Shown here in pieces: positions 13,772-25,300 of a stretch of DNA of 54,648 nt. The first letter of the stretch is position 1, and each line of letters starts with the position of its first letter. Where the stretch lies: the NCBI GenBank assembly GCA_051453625.1, contig JBOZIK010000001.1, forward strand, positions 23,330,051 to 23,384,698, written 5' to 3'. Under the pieces are notes generated by a model, which saw nothing but the letters and a program-made list of their open reading frames with translations, was not told the DNA's origin and did not search any database. The position numbers and the translations under genes were made by a program. The DNA is from Welwitschia mirabilis. Lineage: Eukaryota.

Positions 13772-14753
13772 AAATCTATTTAATGTATAGTAGTAAATTG
13801 GATATAACAAAGTTAAAAGCTTCATATCATTCTTGCATGGGAATATNNNNNNNNNNNNNNNNNNNNNNNNNNNNNNNNNNNNNNNNNNNNNNNNNNNNNN
13901 NNNNNNNNNNNNNNNNNNNNNNNNNNNNNNNNNNNNNNNNNNNNNNATCTCCAGCTAGTTGCTAAGTTTTGGCAAATGGATTATAGTTTTACCTAAAGGT
14001 TCACATTCTATTGAATTTTTATAGTTTTAGAGGAAACCTATAAGTAGAAATTATTTAGAAAGTTCACAAAGGTTTTAATTAAAATTACAGAGGATTCGAA
14101 GTGGGAATACTAGCAATAAAAATTAAGAAATGCAATGACACTACTTGTTATATGAAAAATAGTGTGAAAAAACATAGAGAACTTATTCAAGTCTATGTGA
14201 TAGGTTTTAGATTATTGGATTTAAAAAAATTTTAGAAGAAAATAAATCGATTGTAACTTAGGAAAAAAATTTAACCTAGAAAATAAACCTATACATTTTT
14301 TTTATTTTATTAAAATTTTAACAAATTCAAAACTGTATAGAACTAAAAAATTTGTAGAATTTTACAAAAATAAAAAATCACAAAACATACAAAGAAAAAT
14401 ATTAGAGTTTATAATCTAGTTTTTCTCCTTTGAGATATCTATTTTTATTGAAACCTATAGGAAATTTATTAGACTTATAATATGAAATTTCAGATATAGA
14501 GGTATGTTTTTACATTAGAAGTAAAACTAAAAAAAACTCAAAAAGAAGTGGATTAGTTCAAGTTTCTCTAAAAAAAACTAATACCCCCCACTAGAAGGGG
14601 GGAAAAACACAAAAATAAAAGAGAAATAGACTAGTTTAAGTAAGTATAGAAGAGGATCAATATCCACTAGTAGAAAAATAAAAACTAACAAATAAAATTA
14701 CAAGAAGAAAATCATGTACTCTTGTAAATATCCCTGATAAGGGTGTCAAAATC

Positions 14754-16597
14754 TATTTAATGTATAGTAGTAAATTGGATATAACAAAGTTAAAAGCTTC
14801 ATATCATTCTTGCATGGGAATATATGTGGTAACTATATCAAAAGATACACAGCTATTTTATCTTATAACAAAAATTAAGCATAACAAAAATGTACAGATT
14901 GAGATAAAATTAATCTTTGATTGATAATGAAAGGAAATGTAAGTACTCCAAGGATATAATAAATTTTCCAATACTTCACCTTTGTTCTAATAATTCCTAT
15001 ATCCTAAAACATAAGCTAAAATTATTAAGTCATTAAGGCTTGATGTAGAGGCATAATCTCATCCACTACATGAGTGTTGATGAGTTATTTAGTCTTCTTA
15101 ATACTNNNNNNNNNNNNNNNNNNNNNNNNNNNNNNNNNNNNNNNNNNNNNNNNNNNNNNNNNNNNNNNNNNNNNNNNNNNNNNNNNNNNNNNNNNNNNNN
15201 NNNNNATGGGAATATATGTGGTAACTGTATCAAAAGATACATAGCTATTCTATCTTATAATAAAAATTAAGCACAACAAAAATGTACAGATTGAGATCAA
15301 ATTAATCTTTGATTGATAATGCAAGGAAATGGAAGTTCTCCAAGGATATAATAAATTTTCCCAATACTTCACCTTTGTTCTAATGGTTCCTGTATCCTAA
15401 AACATAAGCTAAAATTATTAAGTCATTAAGGCTTAATGTAGAGGCTTAATCTCATCTACTACATGAGTGTTGATGAGTTATTTAGTCTTCTTAATACTTC
15501 ATAGCCCTTCATAAGCATGAAAAGTATAAATTAAAGTGCATAAGATCCATCAAATAATAGAAAATATGCATTCATAAAAGTAATCTTAAATAACTCACTT
15601 AGTATAAAAGAACTTAACAATTAAGTAAGCTTAACTTAAAGATGGCTAATACTTATTTCTATGCATTAACAATGAAAGAATGAAACAAGAACTAGTCTTA
15701 CCTAAGGATTGTTAATACCATATGCATGATCATTACTAATTAAAGAAACGAAATCAATTATTGTATTAAAATGAAAGAGATACATTACATCAAATGAAGA
15801 AAAGTGAAGAAGAAAGACTCCTCAACTAGCCTTGGACATTCTGCCCTTAGGAAAGATTGTCAGAACAATATGACATCCTAGTACTCCAAGTCTTCTCCAC
15901 ATTAGCCAAATAAAGTATTCATTACAATAGGATTCTAAGCCATTTTTATAGATGAAAAAGGCTCAGATAGCTTTATTATAATTACATTTGGGAAGCATTA
16001 GGTGGGCAGTTACATAAGGAGGATTACTTAAGTGTAGTTATATAAGGAGAAACTTTACAATTTTTGGCATGTAACTATAATGGAATATTCTTTGTATTCT
16101 TATGTAAACATGGTAATGATATATCCTCTAATTTCTGATGATGCTGTTAATGGGTTTAATATCATGTTTCTTCCATGTGATCATCCTTATTAGTGCCACA
16201 TGTTATTGTGATGTATTGATTTATACTTTTACCATGTGTTGTTAGGTTTGAAGATTTATCTTACATTATTTATAACTTAGTGCATAAGTTAATTGTGATG
16301 AATTCCTCAAGATGGTATAAGAACACAAGTTTTAACAAGTTTAGGCTTAGAAGGCCAGTGGCGCCGGTAGTCCTGGCTAGTGGTAGTGGTGTTATTTGCT
16401 AACTTACCTTTAGTCTTTGTAGTGTTGCTGAGAATTCAACAATAAGCATACTCATGTTAGAAGAAAGCTCATAATTTTATGAAAAATAATAAAAAGGAAA
16501 TAAAATATCATTTTGTGATAAAATTATGGATTTAATGTTTTTTTATACTAAATTAATCAACTATATTTGATTGGAATTCCAATTTTGCATGTGAACA
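14754..16597 (-). repeat. 5' LTR of element D
   Basis: Minus strand starts TGTTCACATG; followed by the PBS; collinear with 6566-8173. Confidence 0.75.
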
Positions 16598-18399
16598 CTA
16601 ACCTTTTAGGGTCATGAACAAAGGGTTGCATCTTTTTAAATATTTTATTTGAATCTTCTTCCTCCCTTAAAATATTTTCCAAGGGTGTATTTTTAAAAAT
16701 CAAAGGAACCCCTTTTCTTATTTTTCTCCTATTTTTAGATAGGGAGTCTGTTGTATAATAGGCTCTACTTTCTTAGGATTCACTGCCATCTGTCATAATG
16801 TAACTACCTCCTAGCTACCACCTATTTCTTTCATTATTCTTTCTGCACATTTAATTATCAAATTGAATAATTAACTTGTACATGTCTAGTAAATATAATC
16901 ATATTTTAATAACTTTTAAGATTAACTATTGTATAGTTAATAACTCATCTATTTTCCCATGCTTAACTATTTGTTAGTCTTCTAATAATTAGTATGTCAA
17001 CAAAGACATAAAAAGAAACTAAAAATTAAAGTAACTATTTTAAGATTTTTCCTTTGTAAGCCATTTCTTTATCATAGCTAATTCATTAATTTATTTGGAT
17101 TTATTTGCTTCTTTTAGTTTTTTTATTGGTTTGTTTTGTTATTTAAGAAGTAAAGGATACTATAAGTATATGGTATCCTAATCCGATCTGGCCACATTTA
17201 TTTATGATGTCTCTACAACTTTTTAAGTATTTTTTCCTATTTGAGTCTTAGGGAATTCCTTTTGGATTAGTTCATTGGCTTTAAAAATGAATGAAAAACT
17301 TTCATAGATCACTAGGTTAATTTGGACCTTGACTTATTTCTTTCAAAATATGTTGGTAAAAATTCCTTAATGCATTCTCATGCATTTCAATAATTAATTT
17401 CTTTTATCTTTTAATATCCAAGTCCTACTCGATGATTACAAACACACTAAGATCTTTTTTTAATTCTTTAAATAAAATGGCTAGTTTATTTCTTACTTTT
17501 GAAAAATAGATCCCTAGATTTCTCACTTCTTGTGGAATCCTTTTTATTTCATCTATGGTTTGTTCCACAACCCTGATACTTTTCTTCCATCTTTATTTCA
17601 TTTTTATACTATTTTATTAATAACACTCTCACAATTATTAAAATGATCATATAATTTTTGTGAGTAAAAACTTACATTTTGAGGTACCTGTATTTCATAA
17701 AAACTAAATTCTACTTGTTTTTCTAATTATTTTTTTAATAATTTAATCTTATACAGGAGTCTACTATTTTATTTCTATAGTTTTGAGATGAGATCAACTC
17801 AATTTGAGGGATTAAAAATTCTTTGACTGATTCAAAAATTTTTTGGCTAATTTTAGTAATGTCTAAGTTAATCTTTGGCTACTATATTTTTAATTTAAGC
17901 TTTACCAAAAATTTTGTAATATCTTTTATTAATTCATTAACCATTTTATAACAAAGCCCATGAAGTACATTTTGAAATTATTGGAATTTTAGCATTTTTT
18001 TTGAGAAGAGATATCTCCTTTTCTTGTATCTCTATCTCTTTTTCTTTATTTCACCTTTGATTCAATGCCTCTACCCATTTATTTCAATATTTTCTATTCT
18101 TCTACTGGATTTTCATGTACTTCTCATAAATAGGTTGCACATCCATGTATATCTTTTGAGAATAGTCAATATTAAGTAGTAAAGGTGCATTTGTTGTGCA
18201 TGAAAGTAATAATATTATTGTTTTTCAATATATTTGGTATCATAATGCTTAAATAGGACTAAAATTTTGAACATTTTTATTAAAATGTCCTTTCTATTAG
18301 AGGGAGATAAATACAACCTTTTCCTCTCATCTGATAGTTCATTCTCTAGTTTTGTAAATGCTATTTTGAGTAATTAAAAAGAAGAGATAGGTAGAGAGA

Positions 18400-19510
18400 G
18401 TCTCTAGTTGGCTAGTTTAATTTTTCACTAATTGAGATTTTTCATGTCTCAGTTTATTTATCCTAATTCCCAAAAATCCGTTTTAGCCTTAAAAAACTCA
18501 TTCTCTAATTCCAAAAATTTTAATTTTTGTTTCAAAGTTAAATTCTCTTCTTAAAGTTATTAATATTATGAAAATTATGCAGTTAAAGAATTGAAGCTAA
18601 ACATAAAGAATCTATCTATTAATATTATGACAATTATGTAGTTAAAGAATTGAAGCTAAACATAAAGAATCTATCTTATATTCTTCCATTAACTTTGAAA
18701 ATATTCTTGAAGTAGGTTGATAAAGAATTTGCCATAATGAAAAGAAATATTTTCACTCTTAAGATTTTTTTTTATGAGTTTACTATGAAGGAGGAGCCTA
18801 TTGGCTAGAAGTAAGAAAATCATGTGTTAAGGGTTTTAACATAAGTAATGTTTTTACCTTGAAGAGAGTTAGAACAAATAATTCCATGCTATTGTTATTC
18901 CTTAGAAAAAATTGAAGTAAGTTTTTCCAAAGAATAATTCTCCCAATCCATTAAAGAAATTCCAATCCAATCTTCATTGATTTTATGATATTTTTTATTC
19001 TAGATTTACTTTTTAAATATACTAGAAAATAGTTTCACAAATATTATTATTCTTGCTAGTGAAATCTCAAATGAAATTTGTTAAATAAACTCCTAGAATG
19101 TTAATTCCTTTTTTTATTAATAATAGGGACTAAATTAGAAGAAATTCTCATAATTACAAAAGCTTTTAGATCCATAGCATTATTAATAACTAATCATACA
19201 TCCTTGCTTATGATACTTCCAAAATGTTTCAAGAAGATATGGATATCATCTTTCTTATTCCATTCTAAAATAATCCTTCCTCTAATAGATAAAACCAAAA
19301 TACTTCTGATATCTTCTAATATTACTTAGATATTAACATTATTAACTTATAATAATAAAGTAAATGATCATTAGTAATAAGATTTTTATAAAATCCATAG
19401 ATATCTTCATTACTATACTTCTTAGAAAATTTTAACTAGTTCCATCATTGTAATTCCATAGCTATATCTTTTAGTTTGGTGAGACTTGAGTCCTTGAATA
19501 ATTTATGAAA
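18400..19510 (-). pseudogene. Decayed extra (env-like / plant transposon protein-type) ORF downstream of pol of element A; may extend to ~17000
   Basis: Translation MELQ*WN*LKFSKKYSNEDIYGFYKNL...VNNVNI*VILEDIRSILVLSIRG fits the QGW..EFY.NL..V.G..I......I...L.LP..G pattern of extra ORFs in Athila/Sirevirus elements; stops and frameshifts present. Confidence 0.55.
18558..18675. repeat. 59-bp tandem duplication
   Basis: tattaatattatga.aattatg.agttaaagaattgaagctaaacataaagaatctatc twice, 2 mismatches, no gap. Confidence 0.95.
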
Positions 19511-19877
19511 TTTGTAATGGAAATGATCTTAACTTGTGTAGAAAATAATGAATAATCTAGGGTTATATTTTAGTTTAAAACCTTCTTATATGAAATACTT
19601 ATTTAAGAAATTTAATAAAAACCCTAAGTCTTTCCCCATGTATAATACTCATTCATCTAAAATAAAGAAAAATGTAATGTTATGCTTGGATAACAAAGAA
19701 AGTGCATGGTAATAGCAAGTAATATAAATGATTAAAGTAGTTAAGAACATAGTATGAACTTTTTATTTCTAGAAACTCACAATAACTAGAATAGAAAATC
19801 ACCTCTCAAGGCATCTTTTTATAGCTCTTTGTTATCCCATGATTTATGTATTTCTTTGAGATTGGCGAATAGTTTGT

Positions 19878-20560
19878 CAAAAGGGTCTTTGATCAAATCA
19901 AAAGGCCTTCAAATAAAAGAATGCATAAATATGTTCTTAACTTTGATAACTTAGAGAAAAGCTCAAATAGGGTCTTTGAGAAACTTTCAAAGACTCGAAG
20001 AGGGTCTTCAAGTTCTTCTTAATTGCTTTTATTTTGACAAAGTTTGAAGGGGGCCTTCAAGTAACTACTAGTTATTTGAAGAGGACTTTTAAGCTCATTT
20101 CAAAGGAGTCTACAAGGTATTTAAAAGGAGATTTGAGAAAAACTTAGTTATAACTAGGGCCTAAAGTTTGAAAAAGAATCAAAATCTTCATTTTTTCATG
20201 TTATCATGATAGAATTTGAAGGGGATATTTGAGTAATTATTAGTTATTAAAAGAGGGTCTTTGATCTCTTTGCTAAAGTTATGGTGGAATAATCAGGATT
20301 AGAAATGCAATTAGTTTTTAAAATAACAAATTCAAAGGGGGTTGTATATCTATCAAAGGATCTTTAATAGATGGTGTGTACCCTTTTCTATGTAATGCTA
20401 ATGGTGATAATAATTTAGGACTTTAAGTACATGACAAGTACTTGTCTTGCCACATTACATTTTTGAAGGGATCTTCAAAAGGGCTATCATTTGTCCCCAA
20501 AGGGATATTTAATGAGAAGGATATTATTCTTTGTAAGTTATCTTTAAAGGGATCTTCAAG
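19878..20560. repeat. Array of ~14 degenerate palindromic motifs, inferred consensus TCGAAGGGGNCCTTCGA
   Basis: Examples: tcgaagagggtcttcaa (19995), ttgaagggggccttcaa (20044), ttttgaagggatcttcaaaa (20461), ttaaagggatcttcaa (~20544). Confidence 0.75.
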
Positions 20561-22349
20561 TGGTGGATCATGCTTATTTAAGAGAGTTCAGTGAAGTGGT
20601 ATTTGATAGATTCAATGAGGGGACTCTTTGGAAAAGGACTTGGAAATAAGTAATACTTTAATTCAAGTATGTTTAATATTAAAATCTTAGTAAGAAAAAG
20701 TCAGATTTGATCAATAACTTTTGGATTAATCCTACTTTTCCTCTAGCTAATTTTCATTTTAGATTTGCTTTTATTTTGTGCTGAATCTTTTAACTACTTA
20801 GTTATCTAAGTTTTATTTTAGTTCATTAAAGACACATTGAAACAAGTTTTTAGCTTTATCTTATAAATTTACCTTGAAATATTAAGTTTTTCATCCCTCC
20901 ATGGCTTTCAACTCTTGAGATTTTTTAACTCCTTTTTGAACTCCTTCTTGAATGAAAAAAGTCAAAAGATGATTATTTAGCCTAAGAGGTTCTTAAATTG
21001 AAATGAATATTACTAATATTAGAGAGATATCATCCCAAGTGACAATAGATTCTAGTTAGTCTCTAAAATTTCCTTTCTATGAAACTATTATAGATGTTCT
21101 ATCAGCTTTGGATGATATCCTTTATGACAATGGACTTAACAAGTTCAATCATGGGGAAATTACACCTTATTTTAGTTCGATAATCAATTACTTAGTAATT
21201 GAGTATCTTAGAATCTAATATTTTGGACTAAGGGCTACCTTAACTGATGAACTCAATAGATATGATGCATCATTAGTGATAGTTTGTTGGCTAAATTCAA
21301 GAATTAAAATGAAGTATTTAACAAACAGAGGATAGTAGTCTAGCTCTAAGTCTATTAGCCCTCTATTTTGATTAGGATCACCTAATAAAATGGATTTCTT
21401 AAAATGACTTAACTTATCAAATTTTTGGGATTTTCACTCATCTAAAATAAGAATTTAAATATATGCCTTAAGCCAAATGTATCTATTACCATTTAATAAA
21501 TGTTTAGATCAGAGGAAGTTAGGAGGAAGAATAAGTTTAAGGGTCATTTTTATTACCTAGAATTTTATTCTTGTTTATTTTTATTTCTATGTAATAAAGT
21601 TTGTTGTAGGGATATTATATTATCTAAAACTTCTACTATGAGAAAATAAATATTTATTGTAATAGTTATCTCTTACTTTAGTACTCATTTTTATCTTAAT
21701 GTTATAAAACTTATTGCTTGATGGATTTTCTTTTCATCATAAAGCTTAGTACTTCCACATAAGAGGAAAATACTTTATTGAATACCTTGAATTATTGAAA
21801 TGAGTGTAATGATGATGTTATTTCTTTATTAATTTGTGACATTTTTGACTTAAAGAGATTATTGATGACTAGCTATGCCTTAGATGATACCTAAAGCATA
21901 GCTATCCCTTATAATTTCAGGTCAACGTGCTTATTAGTATTGACAAACACTTGTAATGAGGAGAGTGTAACCACTTCCAAAAGGATATGGACTTGTGATA
22001 TTCTTTATTTGGATCATGGTTAATTTATCCTTTGGTAAAGTTCTCATAGCTATGTTATCAGACTGTTAAAGGCCACTCTTAAGAATATCTACCCTAATGT
22101 ACTTATGCTAGGACATTTCTCTTTTTCTTTTAAGAATAACTTTAGTTATACTCTACATTTTTATATATTTAGAAGCTCTCTTATAAAACTTCTCCTTTTA
22201 TGTTGTAAAGCAATCTATGTGCAAAAATTTCATAAATCAAAAATATATTTACTTTTATTTTTTAAAGCATTAGCCTTATTACCATAATCACCTAAATTTT
22301 ACACTAATATTTTTAAGGGCTAGGACTCTTTTTTTCCTATAAGGGTATC

Positions 22350-25300
22350 TTAATTTTTATAATAGATAAATTCTCTTAATACAAGTTTTAATCCTATGTC
22401 CATTAAGGTGATAAGTTTCTTTTAGCTTGTTATTAAATATTTTTACTATCCTATTAAGTAATATGTTTGTGACAGTATAAGGACCAATTCATTTTTGAAC
22501 ATACTTTTTCTTTGTTGATATATATTTGGAATTAAAGACTAATACTTCATTACCTATTTTAAAGTGAGTTTTTCATACCTTCCTATCATGCCATGTTTTA
22601 AATTTTTGTTTTACTAATTATTTCCTCATTACAACTTCTCTTCTATCTTCCTCTAGTTTATTCATATTTTGAATCCATTTTTCTTGTGCTTAAGGAATAT
22701 TTAATCTAATTCTTTAGCTAATTTTTAAGATTTAATCTTTAATTTAATAGGTAAAGTTACTCTTTTTCTATATACTAGTTTGTATGGGGAAAAATCTGTG
22801 CTACTTTTCCATGTTATCCTATAAGTCCATAATGCTTCATTCAGTTTTAAATCCAAATTTATCCTTTTGGTATTAACACTTTTAGTGATAATTTTATTCA
22901 ATTATCTATTTGTAAATTTTTCCTAACCATTAGATTGAGAATGATAAGCAGAAGAAAGCTTGTAATAAATCCCTAATTTAGATAAAATTTTTGCAAAGGT
23001 ATAGCTAGTGAAATGAGTTCCCTATCAGATATAAGGATTCTAGGCATGCCAAACCTATACAATATATTGTTTTGAAAAAAATTGATAACAATTTTAGTAG
23101 AATAAGTAAGAACATATTTTGCCTCAACCCATTAAGTTAAATAATCCACACATACTAGTATATATTGCTTTTCTTAAGACTTAGGGTTGATGGGAGTAAT
23201 AAAATCGATTTCACAAACATCAAAAGGTTTAAGTGCTTGAATCCATTATTGAGGCATTTTCATAATCTTAGACCACATTCCTTCTCTTTGACATTTATCA
23301 TAACTTTTCACATATTTAAATGCATCCTTGAAGAGAGTAGACCAATAATATCATGCACATAATATTATTATGGTAGTTNNNNNNNNNNNNNNNNNNNNNN
23401 NNNNNNNNNNNNNNNNNNNNNNNNNNNNNNNNNNNNNNNNNNNNNNNNNNNNNNNNNNNNNNNNNNNNNNNNNNNNNNTCCTCATTACAACTTCTCTTCT
23501 ATCTTCCTCTAGTTTATTCATATTTTGAATCCATTTTTCTTATGCTTGATGGATTTTTAATTTAATTATTTAGCTAATTCATATAATTTAATCTTTAATT
23601 CAATAGGTAAGATGGCTCTTTTTCCATAGACCAGTACATATGAGAAGAAACTTGTGCTACTTTTCCATGTTATCCTATAGGCCCATAATGTTTCATCAAC
23701 CTTTAAATCATAATCCTTTTTTTAATATTGATATCTATATCTATTATTCCATTCAATTCCATGTTTGTGACCTCTACTTTATCATTGGAATAAGTATGAT
23801 AAGTAGAAGAAATCTTATGATGAATCCCACATTTGGATAAAAATCTTTACAAATATTTGGCTACTGAAATGAGTTTCTCTATCAAATATAAGACTTCTAG
23901 ACATATTAAATCTATATAAAATGTTTTTCAAGAAAAATTTAATGACAATTTTAATAAAACAAGTAAGAAAAACCTTAATCTTAGCCTGAGCTTATTTAAT
24001 CAAATGAATCACACATACTAGTATATATTGCTTTTCACAAGACTTAAGATTGATGGTACCAATAAAATGTATTTCCCATTTCCTAAATCCATTATTGAGG
24101 CATTGCCATGGTTCTAGACCACATTCCTTTCTCTTTGACATCTATGATAACTTTTAACATGATTGAATGCATCTTTGAAAAGAGTAGGCCAATAAAACCC
24201 TATACATAATATTTTTATGATAGTTTTTTTTCCTTTCATAATGGCCACCTCATTCTTGTAAATGAAATGTTTTCAATATTTCTTCTTAATTGTTCTCTTC
24301 TACATGTATTTTAATGATGTTATTTTCACACATCTTAAATAAGTTTCTATCTTCCTATAAGTAATTGTTTACTTCTTTCAATAATTTCTTCCTTTNNNNN
24401 NNNNNNNNNNNNNNNNNNNNNNNNNNNNNNNNNNNNNNNNNNNNNNNNNNNNNNNNNNNNNNNNNNNNNNNNNNNNNNNNNNNNNNNNNNNNNNNCTTCA
24501 TTACCTATTTTAAAGTTATTTTTTCATACCTTCCTATCATACCATGTTTTACATTTTTGTTTTACTAACTTTATCATTGGACTAAGTATGATAAGTAGAA
24601 GAAATCTTATGATGAATCCCACATTGGGATAAAAATCTTATAAAGATCTAGCTACTGAAATAAGTTTCTCTATCAAATATTAGACTTTTAGACATATTAA
24701 ATCTATATAAAAGGTTTTTCAAGAAAAACTTAATGACAATTTTAATAAAACAAGTAAGAACAACCTTAACCTTATCCTGAGCTTATTTAATTAAACAAAT
24801 CACACATACCAGTATATATTGCTTTTCATAAGACTTAAGATTGATGGTACTAATAAAATGTATTCCCCATTTCCTAAATCCATTAATGAGGCATTGCTAT
24901 GGTCCTCTACCACATTTCTTTCTCTTTGATATCTATGACAACTTTTAACATGATTGAATGCATCTTTGAAAAGAGTAGGCCAATAATACCATATACATAA
25001 TATTTTTATGATAGTTCTTTTTCCTTTCATAATGGCCACCTCCTTCTTCTAAATGAAACGTTTTGAATATTTCTTCTTAATGCTTCTCTTCTACATGTAT
25101 TTTAATGATGTTATTTTCACACATCTTAAATAAGTTTTTATCTTCCTATAAGTAATTGTTTACTTCTTTCAATAATTTCTTCCTTTCATAATAAGTTAGA
25201 TGAGAAGGAAGTCATTTACTTACTAAGAAGTTAGCTATGTCTGCAAATCATAAAGCTTGTTGGATTTTATTTATATAATCATGAGGATTTAATGTTACTT

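Larger units (their letters stand above)
6566..16597 (-). mobile_element. Element D: non-autonomous Athila-like LTR retroelement (two LTRs, PBS, PPT, no recognisable RT/RH/INT core)
   Basis: Direct repeats 6566-8173 and 14754-16597 with TG..CA ends. PBS-like and PPT-like motifs sit in the correct minus-strand positions. The interior shows only gag C-terminal-like remnants. No clean TSD (ttaca vs ctaac). Confidence 0.7.

Noticed and set aside
16352..16392. GC-rich patch containing TGGCGCCG as a PBS
   Set aside because: It lies inside the D LTR, is not next to an LTR end, and the match stops after the core.
6561..16602. TSD for element D
   Set aside because: The flanks ttaca and ctaac do not match.
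17160..19500. Endogenous caulimovirid coat or movement protein
   Set aside because: KCGQIG lacks a complete CCHC knuckle, no movement-protein or viral RT motif was seen, and the retroelement extra-ORF pattern fits better.
19878..20560. CRISPR-like array (also 48110-48650)
   Set aside because: Short degenerate repeats, irregular spacing, eukaryotic retroelement context, no cas genes.
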